Source: Chiloscyllium plagiosum
Lineage: Eukaryota
Direction: 5' to 3'
Assembly (NCBI RefSeq): GCF_004010195.1
Contig: NC_057719.1
Coordinates: 44,240,757 to 44,299,306, forward strand
Length of the DNA: 58,550 nt
The position numbers and the translations under genes were made by a program. Shown one piece after another: positions 57,224 through 58,550 of this stretch. The notes under the pieces were generated by a model. That model was given only the letters and a program-made list of their open reading frames with translations. It did no database searches and was not told the DNA's origin. Within the stretch, counting starts at the first letter, position 1, and each line of letters starts with the position of its first letter.

Positions 57224-57533
57224 GGGCGGCACAGTGGTTAGCACTGCTGCCTCACAGCGCCAGAGACCCGGGTTCATTTCCCACCTCAGGTGACTTACTG
57301 TGTGGAGTTTGCACATTCTCCCCATGTCTGCGTGGGTTTCCTCTGGGTGCTCCGGTTTCCTCCTACTGTCCAAAAACGTGCAGGTTAGGTGAATTGGCCA
57401 TGCTAAATTGCCCGTAGTGTTAGGTGAAGAGGTAAACGTAGTGGAATGGGTCTGGGTGGGTTGGGCTTCGGAGGGTCGGTGTGGACTGGTTGGGCCAAAG
57501 GGCCTGTTTCCACACTGTAAGTAATCTAATCTA
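57224..57533 (+). mobile_element. HE1-type tRNA-derived SINE, full length
   Basis: A/B-box head, family body, CR1-like tail gggcctgtttccacactgtaagtaatctaatcta. Confidence 0.93.
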
Positions 57534-57676
57534 GTTGCTTTGTCAGTTCCTTATTCATCATTATATATTCTCTTGACTTCACTTGCAATAGATTCAGGTT
57601 GGTTTTGCTGATCTTTTTCCTTTTACTTTCCTGTGTAAGCTTTTGCGTCCATGATCATGTTTTCAACTGACAGTAA

Positions 57677-58550
57677 TAGAGTCAGTGAGATGTACAGCAG
57701 GGAAACAGACCCTTCAGTTCAACTCATCCATGATGACCAGATATCCCAAACCAATCTGGTCCCACCTGCCAGCACCCAGCCCATATCCCTCCAAACCATT
57801 CTTATTCATATACCCATCCAAATGCCTTTTAAATGTTGCAATTGTACCAGCCTCCACCACTTCCTCTGGCAGCTCATTCCATACATGTTCCACCTTCTGT
57901 GTGAAATAGTTGCCCCTAAGGTCTCTTTTCTGTCTTTCCCCTCTCTCCTAAACCTATGCCCTCGTATTCTGGACTCCTCAACCCAAGGGAAAAGACTTTG
58001 TCTATTTTTCCTATCCATGCCCCTCATAATTTTGTAAACCTCTATAAGGTCACCCCTCAACCTCTGACGCTCCAAGGGAAACAGCCCCAGCCTGTTCAGC
58101 CTCTCCCTATTGCACAAATCCTCTAACCCTGGCAACATCCTTGGAAATCCTTTCTGAACCCTTTCAAGTTTCACAACATCTTTCCGACAGGAAGGAGACC
58201 AGAATTGCACACAATATTCCAACAGTGGCCTAACCAATGTCCTGTACGGCCGCAACATGACCTCCCAACTCCTGTACTCAATACTTTGACCAATAAAAGA
58301 AACCATACAAAACGCCTTCTTCACTATCCTATCTACCTGCAACTCCATTTTCAAGGAGTTATGAACCTGCACTCCAAGGTCTCATTGTTCAGCTACACTC
58401 CCTAGGACCTTACCATTAAGTATATAAGTCCTGCTAAGATTTGCTTTCCCAAAATGCAGCACCTCGCAGTTATCTGAATTAAATTCCATCTGCCACTTCT
58501 CAGCCCATTGGCCCATCTGGTCAAGATCCTGTTGTAATCTGAGGTAACCT
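57677..58550 (-). mobile_element. CR1/HER1-type LINE 3' region (RT C-terminus), running off the window end
   Basis: ORF 57806..58372: LVRPLLEYCVQFWSP..LERVQK..RLRGDLIEVYKIMRG. Confidence 0.95.

Noticed and set aside
57224..57300. tRNA gene
   Set aside because: The A/B-box region continues into the SINE body and tail and recurs in several copies; it is a SINE head.
49313..58550. Preceding exon (~exon 4, GYGIRYE..GWQ)
   Set aside because: Not found by eye; probably beyond the window end.

Overview
Repeat-rich vertebrate genomic DNA, almost certainly from an elasmobranch (HE1-type tRNA SINEs whose 3' tail matches CR1/HER1-type LINEs). The window lies inside one minus-strand glycogen phosphorylase gene. 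Eight internal exons, equivalent to human PYG exons 5-12 (49312 down to 4885), have GT-AG junctions and splice into an open 987-nt, 329-codon frame; I did not find exons 4 or 13. The protein mixes liver-type and brain/muscle-type residues (PYGL-like is my best guess) and has a shortened two-cysteine adenine loop. The introns hold CR1, L2-like and other LINE fragments, SINEs, Tc1/mariner MITEs, Harbinger remnants, a degenerate Gypsy, and a two-LTR Gmr1-like retrotransposon with integrase upstream of RT. The most notable non-coding signal is three Penelope-like families, each with its own minimal hammerhead ribozyme motif, often as short TSD-flanked, inverted-end insertions. I found no convincing wholly novel system. 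Comparisons to reference proteins and repeat families are from recall, not database searches.
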